Below, piece after piece: positions 9,909 to 19,020 of a DNA stretch of 32,152 nt. Under the pieces are notes generated by a model. It did no database searches. It was given only the letters and a program-made list of their open reading frames with translations, and was not told the origin of the DNA. The translations under genes and the position numbers were made by a program. The stretch comes from Chloroflexota bacterium (GTDB lineage Bacteria; Chloroflexota; Dehalococcoidia; Lucifugimonadales; UBA3495), in assembly GCA_022562335.1 (NCBI GenBank), contig JADFPM010000003.1, positions 1-32,152 of the forward strand, given 5' to 3'. Numbering within the stretch: position 1 is the stretch's first letter; each line of letters starts with the position of its first letter.

Positions 9909-10047
9909 CCGCTCATCCTGAACTTGTCGAAGGACGGGCATCGTAGACGGCCGTCGCCATGGGTTGATCATACCCGGGTCCCAAAGCCGTGGTCCGGCAA
10001 GCCTGTCCTGATCCGCCTGAGGCGGGTGAAGGGCTCCCCACGAGCGG
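9909..10047. repeat. REP-like palindromic element, copy 1, with a nested sub-unit
   Basis: CCGCTCATCCTGAACTTGTCGAAGGA ... GTGGTCCGGCAAG[cctgtcctga...gaagg]GCTCCCCACGAGCGG; homologous to 16427-16528. Confidence 0.7.
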
Positions 10048-10090
10048 GGGTGGCTTGTGGCTCGCTATTTTCTGGCCGCTGACGGTTTGG

Positions 10091-12601
10091 TTAATTCGCG
10101 GCGGCCAACAGCCCACCGTAATATCCGCGCATCGATTCGTTCAGCTCCCTGAGACGCCGGTCGACCAGATCGTTGATGGTGTCCCGGGGATAGGTCCCGT
10201 CGGCCGAACGTTCCCCGGCGGCGCGCCCGGTGAGGATTTCCATCCCTTCATCAACGGTGTTCACCGCGTAAATGTGGAATTTACCCTCTTTGATGGCTTC
10301 CACCACGTCGTCCCGCAACATGAGATTGCGCAGGTTGCGTCTGGGCACCAAAACGCCCTGATCACCGGTAAGCCCCAATACCCGGCATACGTCATACATG
10401 CCTTCGATCTTCTGGTTGACTCCTCCGATGGGTTGGATCTCTCCATTCTGGTTTACCGAGCCGGTGACCGCGATGTTTTGTTTCAGGGGCAGTCCCGACA
10501 GGCTGGACAAGATGGCGTACAGCTCTGGGGACGAAGCGCTATCGCCGTCGATGCCTTCGTAAGACTGCTCGAAAGCCAGGCTGGCCGACAGGGTGAGCGG
10601 CCGCTCCTGGCCATACCGGGCGCCCAGGTAACCGCTGAGGATCAACACGCCCTTATCGTGGGTGCGCCCGCTTAACGATGCCTCCCGTTCAATGTTGATG
10701 ATCCCTTCCCGGCCGGCGAATATCTGGCCGGTTATGCGCGACGGCCGTCCAAAGGCAAAGTCACCCAGGTCGTAAACCACGAGCCCGTTGACTTGGCCCA
10801 CCACTTCGCCGGTAACCTCGATCAAGAGGGTGCCGTCGGAGACCATATCCCTGATCCGCTCTTCCGCCAGGTTAAGGCGGTAGACCTTTTGAGCCACCGC
10901 CCGCTTGACGTGCTTCGCTTCCACCAACTCGGCTGCCTCTTTCCGGGCCCAGTGATCGGACTCGATAAGCAGGTCTTTGATCTGCCCGAAGCGGGTGGAA
11001 AGCTTGCTTTGGTCATTGACCAAGCGGGCCGCGTATTCCAGGACCTGGGCCGCGCCGGAGGCATCGAAAGCCAGAAGGCCTTCTTCGTGGCAACTGGAGC
11101 AAATGAAGGAGCAGTAGGCTTCGATGTTGTCCGGCGTCAGGCTCACCTGATGATCAAACTCAGCTTTTACCTTGAACAGGTCGCGGAAATCGTCGTAATC
11201 CGCCGTGGTGAGCATGCGGTATATGTTTTCGTCCCCGGTGACGATCACTTTCACATCCAACCGGATCGGTTCCGGCCGCAGGCCCAAGGGCACCAGGTAG
11301 CCGGTCTGCTCGGTGGGGTCTTCCAGGCGGACTTCCCGGTTCCTGATGACCCTTTTTAGTCCTTCCCAAACCGCGGGCGCCATCAGTATGTCCCTGGCGT
11401 TTAAGACCAGGTAACCGCCGTTGGCGGAATGCAGCGCGCCGGGTTTCAGCATTGTGTGGTCGCTGATGTAAGTCCCCATGGTCGCCAACCGCTCGATGCG
11501 CCCAAACAGATTTCCCCAAGTGGGGTTGGGCTCTTCCACAATGGGAACCCCGGCCAGCCCGGTGTTGTCCACCAGGGCATTGATCTCAAAGGGAAGGTAT
11601 GGATTGCGGGCCAGGCCGGGACGTCCCTGGACGGGTGCGGAAGCCTGGGGCGAGGGCTGGGGCTGTACTTGGCTTGCCGGGGCCTCTTTGAATAGGCTCA
11701 ATTGGTCCAACACATACGCAACCACGCGGTTCAAATACTCCCACAGGTCGGGGATATTCTCGGCGCTGTCCAGAAGGTCCCCAAAGATCTGGCTCACCCG
11801 GCCGTTGGCCGCTTCTTTCTCCAGGCCGGAGATCGCCGCTGCCGTCTCCTGTTCGGCGTGGCGTATGTTCCCCATGGTGTCCTGGGTTTGTTGCATCAAC
11901 ACCGCCCTGGCTTCGTCGATGCTCTGCCGCTGTTCCAATTCCAGGGCCTGGTAATCGTCGGGAGACAGCGGCTGGCCGTCTTTGATGGGAAAGATGGACA
12001 TGCCCATGGGTGACACCTGGACTGCAAATCCGGCGGTCTGGGCTGCCTGTTCCAACTCAGACATCATCTGTTGAGTGGTCTGGCGGCCATCGGTTTCCAA
12101 GGCGCGGCGCTGGGCTTCGTACTCTTCGCTATCGAACACCTTGGGGATTTCCTCTCCCAATTCGTCCAATATAGCGGCCAATTTCCCGCGGACCTGCCTG
12201 GCCATACCCTGGGGCAGGCTGATGGCCTTAGGACGGTCTGGATCGTCGAAATTGTGAACGTAGCACCAGTCGTTGATGGGTTTGCGCCGCTCTTGGTGTG
12301 CCGGATTAGATATGATCGTCTGCAGCAGAGACTTGATGGCGCTGGTTTTGCCGGTGCCGGTTAAACCAGTGACAAATAGGTTGTACCCCGGTTTGTCCAC
12401 TTCCAGCCCAAATCGTATGGCTTCCAGCGCCCGGTCCTGCCCGATGAACCGGTCCAGCGGAACCAGGTCATCGGTGCAATTAAAGCTGAAGCTGTCAATA
12501 TCGCATTTCCAGCAGGTTTGCTCCCAGGGCACCCGGTATTTATCGGCTTCGGGTTTATCGGCTTCGGGTTTATCGGCTTCGGGCTTATCGGGTTCGGGCA
12601 T
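10091..12601 (-). CDS. Lon-like protease, LonC type (AAA-like + Lon_C domains)
   Basis: IGQDRA, Walker A GLTGTGKT, GALHSANGGYL, catalytic Ser in DGDSAS and Lys in GGVNQKIEG. The Walker B position reads LVLNARD. Confidence 0.9.
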   Translation of the reverse strand: MPEPDKPEADKPEADKPEADKYRVPWEQTCWKCDIDSFSFNCTDDLVPLDRFIGQDRALEAIRFGLEVDKPGYNLFVTGLTGTGKTSAIKSLLQTIISNPAHQERRKPINDWCYVHNFDDPDRPKAISLPQGMARQVRGKLAAILDELGEEIPKVFDSEEYEAQRRALETDGRQTTQQMMSELEQAAQTAGFAVQVSPMGMSIFPIKDGQPLSPDDYQALELEQRQSIDEARAVLMQQTQDTMGNIRHAEQETAAAISGLEKEAANGRVSQIFGDLLDSAENIPDLWEYLNRVVAYVLDQLSLFKEAPASQVQPQPSPQASAPVQGRPGLARNPYLPFEINALVDNTGLAGVPIVEEPNPTWGNLFGRIERLATMGTYISDHTMLKPGALHSANGGYLVLNARDILMAPAVWEGLKRVIRNREVRLEDPTEQTGYLVPLGLRPEPIRLDVKVIVTGDENIYRMLTTADYDDFRDLFKVKAEFDHQVSLTPDNIEAYCSFICSSCHEEGLLAFDASGAAQVLEYAARLVNDQSKLSTRFGQIKDLLIESDHWARKEAAELVEAKHVKRAVAQKVYRLNLAEERIRDMVSDGTLLIEVTGEVVGQVNGLVVYDLGDFAFGRPSRITGQIFAGREGIINIEREASLSGRTHDKGVLILSGYLGARYGQERPLTLSASLAFEQSYEGIDGDSASSPELYAILSSLSGLPLKQNIAVTGSVNQNGEIQPIGGVNQKIEGMYDVCRVLGLTGDQGVLVPRRNLRNLMLRDDVVEAIKEGKFHIYAVNTVDEGMEILTGRAAGERSADGTYPRDTINDLVDRRLRELNESMRGYYGGLLAAAN
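12539..12598 (-). repeat. 15-bp coding tandem repeat x4 (PEPDK, then PEADK x3)
   Basis: TTTATCGGCTTCGGG three times plus one variant, at the protease N-terminus. Confidence 0.95.
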
Positions 12602-12778
12602 CGGCGTCTCCAGACCAGTTGGATCAGCTAAAAAGCGCCACGGATCGTAAAGTAAAATCCGGGTTCACAATCATTATACAGTGGCTTATTGATGGTTTAG
12701 ATGCGGCCAAGCTGGAAACGGGGCGAGGCCAAACCTTTGGGCCGGAGCCTAACTGGGGCCAAGAGACCCCTGGTTGGG

Positions 12779-12808
12779 TTGACATTGATTTTAAGCAGGG
12801 AATACAAT
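12779..12808 (+). promoter_or_regulatory. sigma70-type promoter for the DUF151 gene
   Basis: TTGACA-N18-TACAAT. Confidence 0.65.
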
Positions 12809-12877
12809 TTTGATATCAAAGTCACCGAGGGCCATTTGGCCCATCGGTGTCACCGACGATTTGGGGAGGCAGCGGGA

Positions 12878-13438
12878 ATGCGGGAAATGACCATAGACAG
12901 CATCAGGGTCAGCCCGATGAATTACCAACGGGTTGTCATCTTGAAAGAAAAGGACTCTGACCGGTATTTGCCGATATGGATAGGGCCGGCCGAAGCCGAT
13001 GCCATCGCGGTTAAGCTACAGAACCTCAGCGTGCCCCGCCCCCTGACCCACGACCTGCTGGGGACCATCATAGATATGCTGGGTGGCTCGGTGAAACACA
13101 TCCTGGTCAGCGACCTGCAAAACGATACTTTCTATGCCAAGATAACCATCCAGTCGAATGGCGACTCCAAAGAGATAGACTGCCGGCCCAGCGACGCTGT
13201 GGCCTTGGCGGTGAGGGTCCAGGTCCCCATATACGTGGAAGAGGCCGTATTGGACAAGGCGGGGGTCCTCCTCGACAAAGAGACCGGCAAGCCCATCCCC
13301 TTGGACGATGCCGACGCCCAGGCCAGCGACAAACCGCGGGAGGTCAAAGAGGAAGAGTTGCGTCGAATGTCCGCCTTCACCGACTTCATAGACACCCTGG
13401 ACCTGGAGGACTTTGGCAGGTCCAAACCAGGGGCGTGA
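12878..13438 (+). CDS. Bifunctional nuclease family protein (DUF151)
   Basis: LPIWIGPAEADAIA, RPLTHDL, TFYAKI and DCRPSDAVALA; the ATG at 12878 has a GGGAGG SD. Confidence 0.92.
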   Translation: MREMTIDSIRVSPMNYQRVVILKEKDSDRYLPIWIGPAEADAIAVKLQNLSVPRPLTHDLLGTIIDMLGGSVKHILVSDLQNDTFYAKITIQSNGDSKEIDCRPSDAVALAVRVQVPIYVEEAVLDKAGVLLDKETGKPIPLDDADAQASDKPREVKEEELRRMSAFTDFIDTLDLEDFGRSKPGA

Positions 13439-13487
13439 TTGTTCCGGGCGATCGATATACCCGGCATCAAGATCCACGACTGGAATC

Positions 13488-13522
13488 AAAGACCCCGGCG
13501 CAGGAAATGCCGGGGTCTTTTT
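13488..13522 (+). terminator. intrinsic terminator
   Basis: GACCCCGGC-gcaggaaat-GCCGGGGTC followed by TTTTT. Confidence 0.85.
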
Positions 13523-13560
13523 CCGGAATGGCACGCCGAATTCCGTAGTAAATAACCCAA

Positions 13561-13589
13561 TTGACTTTTGAAAACCATGCTGCTAAGAT
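13561..13589 (+). promoter_or_regulatory. sigma70-type promoter of the atp operon
   Basis: TTGACT-N17-TAAGAT with an extended -10 TG, just after a terminator and before atpZ/I. Confidence 0.7.
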
Positions 13590-13609
13590 TTCCCACGCTC
13601 GGCTGGGGG

Positions 13610-13870
13610 ATGGATTTGGCTAGAGTCCCCGACACCTGGTTAATTGCTCTGCGCCTGACCGGTTTGGGCTGGTACGTTGCAACATGCATCATTGTTGGCG
13701 TGCTTGGCGGCCTCGGACTGGACAAGCTCTTAGGAACCAAAATCCTCTTTTTTTTGCTGGGTACGGTGTTGGGTGTCGTCATCGCCTTTTGGGGCCTGTA
13801 TAAAATGGTGCAACCCATTCTCAATGCCTCACAGGGTAAAGACCGGGAAGATCGGGGGAGGAAGAGCTAG
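13610..13870 (+). CDS. AtpZ/AtpI family protein (two TM helices)
   Basis: G..LDKLLGT..F...G..LG pattern; first gene of the atp operon. Confidence 0.85.
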   Translation: MDLARVPDTWLIALRLTGLGWYVATCIIVGVLGGLGLDKLLGTKILFFLLGTVLGVVIAFWGLYKMVQPILNASQGKDREDRGRKS

Positions 13871-14922
13871 TGCCATCGGGTGCTTTGGCTAAGAAGCTGC
13901 TCATGGTGTCGGGCCTGGGCTTGGTGGTGCTCCTGTTGGTAGGGGCGGCCGTCGGCGCCATCGGTTCGGCGATCCTACCCGTAGATTCCTTCCTGCCTAA
14001 ACCGGAGATCCACCTTCCCCCTCAACCGGTGTTCCCCGCTTCCACCCGAAACCTCCACCTGGGAGCCACGTCTGAAGATGGCCACGCCGGCCAATCTGCC
14101 AGTGGTGAAAAAAGCTCCGAAAGCTCACCGGCCGGTTCATTGGGCGAGGAAGAGGAGGCCCACGTAACTCCGCTGCCCATCACCAAGTTCGCCGTCACCA
14201 ACACCCTCCTTTCCGCCTGGTTCGCCACCCTGGTCATCATCCTGTTCTTTGTCGTGGGCGCTCGAAAGCGCAGTCTCATTCCCGGGCGGTTTCAAGGATT
14301 GGTGGAAATCCTGGTTGAGGGCGCCCTGAGTTCCTGCGCTGGAGTGGTGGGGTCGGACATGGCGCGAAAAGTCTTCCCTCTCATCGCCACCATATTCTTC
14401 TTCGTGCTGTTCAATGCCTGGCTGGCGCTGTTGCCCTTCTATCAATTTGTTGGATTCGTCCAAGGCGGCGGAGAATTTTTAGGGTTCCTCCCGGAAGGAG
14501 AGATGAAGGCCCATTTGCTCCGCTCAGCCGGTACGGACATGAACATGCCACTGGCGCTGGCGCTGATATCCTTTGTCTTCGTAGAATACTGGGGATTCAG
14601 GGCCCACGGATTCGCTTACCTGAAAAAATTCTTCGCCCTGGGCAAACTGCTGAGATTGAAGCCCGCCGGTCTTATCGATGCCTTCGTCGGGTTCTTGGAA
14701 CTGATCAGCGAGTTGGTCCGGGTGGTGAGTTTCACCTTCCGGCTCTTTGGAAACATGACTGCCGGAGAGATATTGGTGGTGATGGTGACCTTCCTGGTCC
14801 CATTCGTGGCCACCCAGTTTGTGTTCGGCCTGGAGCTATTGGTCGGCCTGATTCAGGCTATAATCTTCGCCGGGCTCACGTTGGTCTTCCTGTCGGTGGC
14901 GGTCCGCCAAGAGGGACACTGA
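13870..14922 (+). CDS. atpB: F0F1 ATP synthase subunit a
   Basis: PGRFQ, SFTFRLFGNMTAGE (essential Arg) and ELLVGLIQA.IF..LT; carries an N-terminal extension. Confidence 0.94.
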   Translation: MPSGALAKKLLMVSGLGLVVLLLVGAAVGAIGSAILPVDSFLPKPEIHLPPQPVFPASTRNLHLGATSEDGHAGQSASGEKSSESSPAGSLGEEEEAHVTPLPITKFAVTNTLLSAWFATLVIILFFVVGARKRSLIPGRFQGLVEILVEGALSSCAGVVGSDMARKVFPLIATIFFFVLFNAWLALLPFYQFVGFVQGGGEFLGFLPEGEMKAHLLRSAGTDMNMPLALALISFVFVEYWGFRAHGFAYLKKFFALGKLLRLKPAGLIDAFVGFLELISELVRVVSFTFRLFGNMTAGEILVVMVTFLVPFVATQFVFGLELLVGLIQAIIFAGLTLVFLSVAVRQEGH

Positions 14923-14995
14923 CCAAGACCGCCAGCGGCGGCGGGATAATTTATTTTTACGATGTGATCTAGGGGTACAGGCTAGACGAGTCAGT

Positions 14996-15033
14996 CAAAC
15001 GGTTTAGCCAAACGGTTTAGCCAAACGGTTTAG
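14996..15033. repeat. 13-bp tandem repeat x3 abutting the atpE SD
   Basis: CAAACGGTTTAGC x2 plus CAAACGGTTTAG, running into AGGAGG. Confidence 0.95.
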
Positions 15034-15047
15034 GAGGAAAAGCAGGT

Positions 15048-15302
15048 ATGGACCCAATCCTATTGCAGGGATTCGACTCGGAAGCGGCCAAGTTCATTGG
15101 CGCCGGCCTGGCCATCGGTCTGGGGGTCGTTGGACCTGGTATCGGCATCGGCGTCCTGGGCGCTGGCGCCATGGCTGCCATAGGCCGCAACCCAGATGCG
15201 GCGGGACAGATCACCACCAACATGATTTTGGCCATCGCTTTCGCAGAGGCCCTCGGAATCTACGCCCTGATCGTCAGCGTAATCCTACTGTTCGTGGTGT
15301 GA
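15048..15302 (+). CDS. atpE: F0F1 ATP synthase subunit c
   Basis: GPGIGIG, GRNP loop and FAEALGIY (ion-binding Glu). Lacks the Gln and Ser-Thr of the Na+ motif, so it is likely H+-coupled. Confidence 0.95.
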   Translation: MDPILLQGFDSEAAKFIGAGLAIGLGVVGPGIGIGVLGAGAMAAIGRNPDAAGQITTNMILAIAFAEALGIYALIVSVILLFVV

Positions 15303-15303
15303 C

Positions 15304-15813
15304 ATGGCAGAGCTAGGATTCAACATTCCCAGCTTGATCGCCTATCTGATCAACTTCATCATCTTGCTGGGCATTCTCTCCCTATTCGCTTATAAGCCGG
15401 TGCTAAAGGCGTTGGACGCCCGCTCCGAGCGCATTCGGGAAAGCCTGGAAGCTGCCGACCGGGCCAGGGACGAGGCCGCCACTTCCCGCACCGCCATCGA
15501 AGAGCAGGTCAACGAGGCCCGCCGGCAGGGACAGCAGATGTTGGACCAGGCCAGGGAAGCGGCTGACCGGTACCGGGAGGAAGAGATGGTGCGGGCCAGG
15601 CAAGAGGCTCAGGACTTCGTGGACCGGGCTCGAAGCGACATCCAGCGGGAGCGCGATGCCGCCGTGGCCGAAGTGCGGGTCAATTTTGGAGACCTGGCCA
15701 TAACCGCGGCAGAACGCGTCATACGGCGTTCCCTGGACCGTCAGGCCCACCAGGAGTTGGTGGCCCAGGTATTGGAAGAGGGTGACGCGCTCTCCTCGGG
15801 ACCGAGGGGTTAA
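15304..15813 (+). CDS. atpF: F0F1 ATP synthase subunit b
   Basis: N-terminal TM (INF.IL...L..F.YKP) plus a coiled coil; operon position. Confidence 0.94.
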   Translation: MAELGFNIPSLIAYLINFIILLGILSLFAYKPVLKALDARSERIRESLEAADRARDEAATSRTAIEEQVNEARRQGQQMLDQAREAADRYREEEMVRARQEAQDFVDRARSDIQRERDAAVAEVRVNFGDLAITAAERVIRRSLDRQAHQELVAQVLEEGDALSSGPRG

Positions 15814-15819
15814 CCGCAC

Positions 15820-16365
15820 ATGCCCAAACGGGTGTCGGGAAAGCGGTACGCCGAGGCTATCTTCGAACTGGCCCTCCAGGAACAGCAGGTGGAACAGTGG
15901 GGTACCGAGTTGGAAATGGCCAGCCAGGTGCTTCAAGATGAAGATTTTAACGCCTTTCTTAAACATGCCGATATCACCGTCGATCAAAAGATAAAAGCGA
16001 TCGACTCGGTCTTGGCCCAGGTCCATCCCCTGGTCCGCAATCTGGTCAACTTGCTTGTTTCCAAGGGGCTGGTGGATTTGGCAACCGAGTTAAAAGAGGC
16101 CTACAACGAGCTTTTGGACCGGCATGCCGGACGCCAGCGGGTCGAGGTGACTTCCGCGGTGGAACTGGACCAACAAGAGGTGGACCGTATTGCCCAGTTC
16201 GTTACCGGTTTGATCGATAAGGAAGCGGTCGTATCTACCCAGGTCGATGAGTCCATCCTGGGCGGGGTCATCATTCAGATAGGCGACCAATTGTTGGACG
16301 GCAGCACCCGTTCCAAGCTGGAAGCGCTGCGCAGCCGTCTTCACTCCGATATCCTTCCGGCATGA
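15820..16365 (+). CDS. atpH: F1 ATP synthase subunit delta
   Basis: KRYAEA.F, VTSA.EL and VDESILGG.I..IGD...DGS. Confidence 0.94.
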   Translation: MPKRVSGKRYAEAIFELALQEQQVEQWGTELEMASQVLQDEDFNAFLKHADITVDQKIKAIDSVLAQVHPLVRNLVNLLVSKGLVDLATELKEAYNELLDRHAGRQRVEVTSAVELDQQEVDRIAQFVTGLIDKEAVVSTQVDESILGGVIIQIGDQLLDGSTRSKLEALRSRLHSDILPA

Positions 16366-16426
16366 ATGCCGCCGTTGAGTTTCCTGATGAGGATCGATCT
16401 CAAAACCATGCATCACAAATGCACCG

Positions 16427-16528
16427 CCCTTCGACAGGCCGAGGACGAACGGGTGGAAAGAACGTCTTCCCTTCGTGGTGAGCCCTTCGTCCTTCCGCGG
16501 AAGGATCAGGACAGGCTAGGCGAACCAC
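16427..16528. repeat. REP-like palindromic element, copy 2, inside the atp operon
   Basis: CCCTTCGACAGGCCGAGGACGAACGG ... CCCTTCGTGGTGAGC[ccttcg...atcaggacagg]CTAGGCGAACCAC; each arm matches the reverse complement of an arm at 9909-10047. Confidence 0.7.
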
Positions 16529-16570
16529 CTTTTGACATAATTCCAACGTGGGATCTGAGGAGAGCCGCAA

Positions 16571-18082
16571 ATGGCAATTAGTGGTCCAGAGATAGTATCG
16601 CTGATCAAACGCCAGATCGAAGAGTTTGGCGGCGACCTGACCTTGGTGGATGTGGGGACCGTGGTCCAGGTGGGCGACGGTATCGCCAGCATCCAGGGCC
16701 TTCAGGGAGTCCGGTCCAGCGAGTTGCTGGACTTTGGCAACGACGTTTTGGGCATGGCCCTAAACCTCGAGGCTGATCTGGTGGGCGCCGCGATCCTGGG
16801 CGACCCCAACTCGGTGAAAGAGGGTGACCAGGTCCGTTCCACCGGGAGGATCATCGAGGTGCCGGTGGGCGAAGCATTGATCGGCCGGGTGGTGGACCCG
16901 TTGGGCCGTCCGCTGGATGGCAAGGGGCCCATCGCCACCGTCGGCAGCCGTCCGGTGGAAAAGATGGCTCCCAACGTGGTGGCTCGCAAGTCGGTCGACA
17001 CGCCGGTTCAGACGGGCATCAAGGCAATAGATGCCATGATCCCCATCGGCCGGGGCCAGAGGGAATTGATCATCGGCGACCGCTCCACGGGAAAGACGGC
17101 CATCGCCCTGGACACCATCATCAACCAGAAGGGCGGCGACCTGATCTGCATCTACGTGGCCATAGGCCAAAAGCAGAGTAAGGTTGCCCAGGTCATGGCC
17201 ACTCTGGAAGAAAACGACGCGTTGGTCCACACCATCGTGGTAACCGCCGGCGCCGCCGATTCGGCGCCGTTGCAATACATCGCCCCCTTCGCCGGATGCG
17301 CCATGGCCGAAGAGTTCATGGACCAGGGCAAGGACGTGCTGATCGTGTACGACGACCTGACCAAGCATGCCTGGGCCTACCGGCAGATGTCACTTCTGCT
17401 GCGCCGTCCCGCCGGGCGTGAAGCCTACCCCGGCGATATATTCTACGTTCACAGCCGCCTGTTGGAGCGTGCCGCCCGCATGGACGACCCCCAGGGCGGC
17501 GGGTCCATCACCGCGCTGCCGATCATCGAGACCCAGGCCGGAGACGTGTCGGCATACATACCGACCAACGTCATATCCATCACCGACGGCCAGATATACC
17601 TGGAGTCGGAATTGTTCAACGCCGGCATCCGTCCGGCGGTCAACGTGGGCCTTTCCGTCTCCCGCGTCGGCGGCGCCGCCCAAACCAGGGCGATTCGCCG
17701 GGTTGCGGGACAGCTCAGGCTGGAGCTTGCCCAGTACCGGGAGCTGGCCAGTTTCGCCCAGTTCGGGACCGCCGACTTGGACGCCGCCACCCGGGCCCAA
17801 CTGGCCCGGGGCCAATTGGCCATAGAGATCTTGAAACAGCCCCAGTACCGGCCTTTCTCCCTGGGTGAAGAGGTGGTGATCCTGTTTGCCGTAAACGCCG
17901 GGCTGCTGATAGACATCCCTCTGGAAAGGTTGAAGGATTTTGAAGAGCAGTTCCTGCGTCACGTTACATCCGCCCACCCCGGCATCATGCAGGCGATCAC
18001 CGACAGCAAAGACATCACTTCAGATATCGAGGAGCAGCTGACCAAGGTCACTAACGATTTCAAGGCAGGGTTTGTCAGTTAG
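16571..18082 (+). CDS. atpA: F1 ATP synthase subunit alpha
   Basis: [36 protein letters not shown] and SVSRVG. Confidence 0.97.
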   Translation: MAISGPEIVSLIKRQIEEFGGDLTLVDVGTVVQVGDGIASIQGLQGVRSSELLDFGNDVLGMALNLEADLVGAAILGDPNSVKEGDQVRSTGRIIEVPVGEALIGRVVDPLGRPLDGKGPIATVGSRPVEKMAPNVVARKSVDTPVQTGIKAIDAMIPIGRGQRELIIGDRSTGKTAIALDTIINQKGGDLICIYVAIGQKQSKVAQVMATLEENDALVHTIVVTAGAADSAPLQYIAPFAGCAMAEEFMDQGKDVLIVYDDLTKHAWAYRQMSLLLRRPAGREAYPGDIFYVHSRLLERAARMDDPQGGGSITALPIIETQAGDVSAYIPTNVISITDGQIYLESELFNAGIRPAVNVGLSVSRVGGAAQTRAIRRVAGQLRLELAQYRELASFAQFGTADLDAATRAQLARGQLAIEILKQPQYRPFSLGEEVVILFAVNAGLLIDIPLERLKDFEEQFLRHVTSAHPGIMQAITDSKDITSDIEEQLTKVTNDFKAGFVS

Positions 18083-18156
18083 CAAATCCGGTTCCCAGAT
18101 CCGATACCAGGCCCAGGCCCGGTCCGGATCAAACCAAATAGCAAGCTCGGATTCGA

Positions 18157-19020
18157 ATGCCCAACGTTAAAGACATAAGGCGCCGCATACGCAGCGTGGA
18201 GAACACCGGCAAGGTGACCAACGCCATGTCGTTGGTCGCCGCTTCCAAGATGCGCCATGCCCAACAGTCGGTCCTCCAAGGACGTCCCTTTGCCCAGAAG
18301 ATCCTGGAGGTGATCGCTCACCTGGCCGCCCAGCCCGCCGACGATTCTGAACAGGTCCAAGACCTGCTGCAGGTTCGCCCGGTGCAGCGGGTGGGCATTG
18401 TGCTGGTGAGTCCCGACCGGGGGCTGTGCGGCGGCATGCACGCCAACCTCAACCGCCGGGTCGATCGATTCATCCGCGAGCAGCAGACCCCGGTGCGGGT
18501 CATTGCCGTGGGGCGTAAAGGCCGCGATTTCGTCGTGCGCACCGGCCAGGACGTCCAAGCGGTATTCACCGACCTGGGAGAACGGCCCGAGGTGGCCGAC
18601 ACCACCGCAATCTCCCAGATGGTCATCGATTCCTACTCCCAGGGTGAAGTGGATGAGGTGCATCTGGCCTATACCCGGTTCGTATCCACTGTCTCACAGA
18701 TACCGGAAGTGGTGAGACTGCTCCCGGTGACCCCTGCCGAACTCACGGGAGCAGAACGGGTGGGATATATATACGAGCCCGACAATCTGACCGTTCTGGA
18801 GAACCTCTTGCCACGCTTTGTGGAGATGGAGATCTACCATTACATCCTGGAATCCATCGCCAGCGAGCAATCGTCCAGGATGGTGGCCATGCGCGCAGCC
18901 ACCGATAACGCCAAAGAGTTGGTGGATGACCTGACCCTGGTCATGAACAAACTGCGCCAGGATAGCATCACCAACGAGTTGCTGGACCTGATCGGCGGCG
19001 CGATGGCTCTAGAAGGCTAA
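18157..19020 (+). CDS. atpG: F1 ATP synthase subunit gamma
   Basis: KVTNAMSLVAASK, DRGLCGG, SEQSSRMVAM..ATDNA and RQ.SIT.EL. Confidence 0.96.
   Translation: MPNVKDIRRRIRSVENTGKVTNAMSLVAASKMRHAQQSVLQGRPFAQKILEVIAHLAAQPADDSEQVQDLLQVRPVQRVGIVLVSPDRGLCGGMHANLNRRVDRFIREQQTPVRVIAVGRKGRDFVVRTGQDVQAVFTDLGERPEVADTTAISQMVIDSYSQGEVDEVHLAYTRFVSTVSQIPEVVRLLPVTPAELTGAERVGYIYEPDNLTVLENLLPRFVEMEIYHYILESIASEQSSRMVAMRAATDNAKELVDDLTLVMNKLRQDSITNELLDLIGGAMALEG

Noticed and set aside
12661-12670. TTCACAA Rex half-site upstream of the Lon-like gene
   Set aside because: No matching TTGTGAA half at the required spacing.
12701-12877. N-terminal extensions from the ORF track for DUF151 (also rex, rsmD, RidA, atpZ/I, the cyclase and the SnoaL-like gene)
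   Set aside because: They run through predicted promoters or leaders; downstream starts match SD positions or family N-termini better.
14996-15033. Direct repeats as a possible mini-CRISPR (also 9823-9858)
   Set aside because: Units are 13-18 bp, head-to-tail with no spacers, and there are no cas genes.
15048-15302. Na+-coupled or N-type ATPase
   Set aside because: Subunit c lacks the Gln and Ser-Thr Na+ ligands, and the gene order with a separate delta subunit is the standard F-type.
16376-16407. CTGATGA-stem-AAAAC hammerhead-like string after atpH
   Set aside because: The GAAA core is missing and stems I and III cannot be formed; an ordinary hairpin explains it.
16366-16581. 71-aa ORF between atpH and atpA, and a 67-aa ORF at 9913-10116
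   Set aside because: Both are translations of the REP-like repeats and have no convincing SD.
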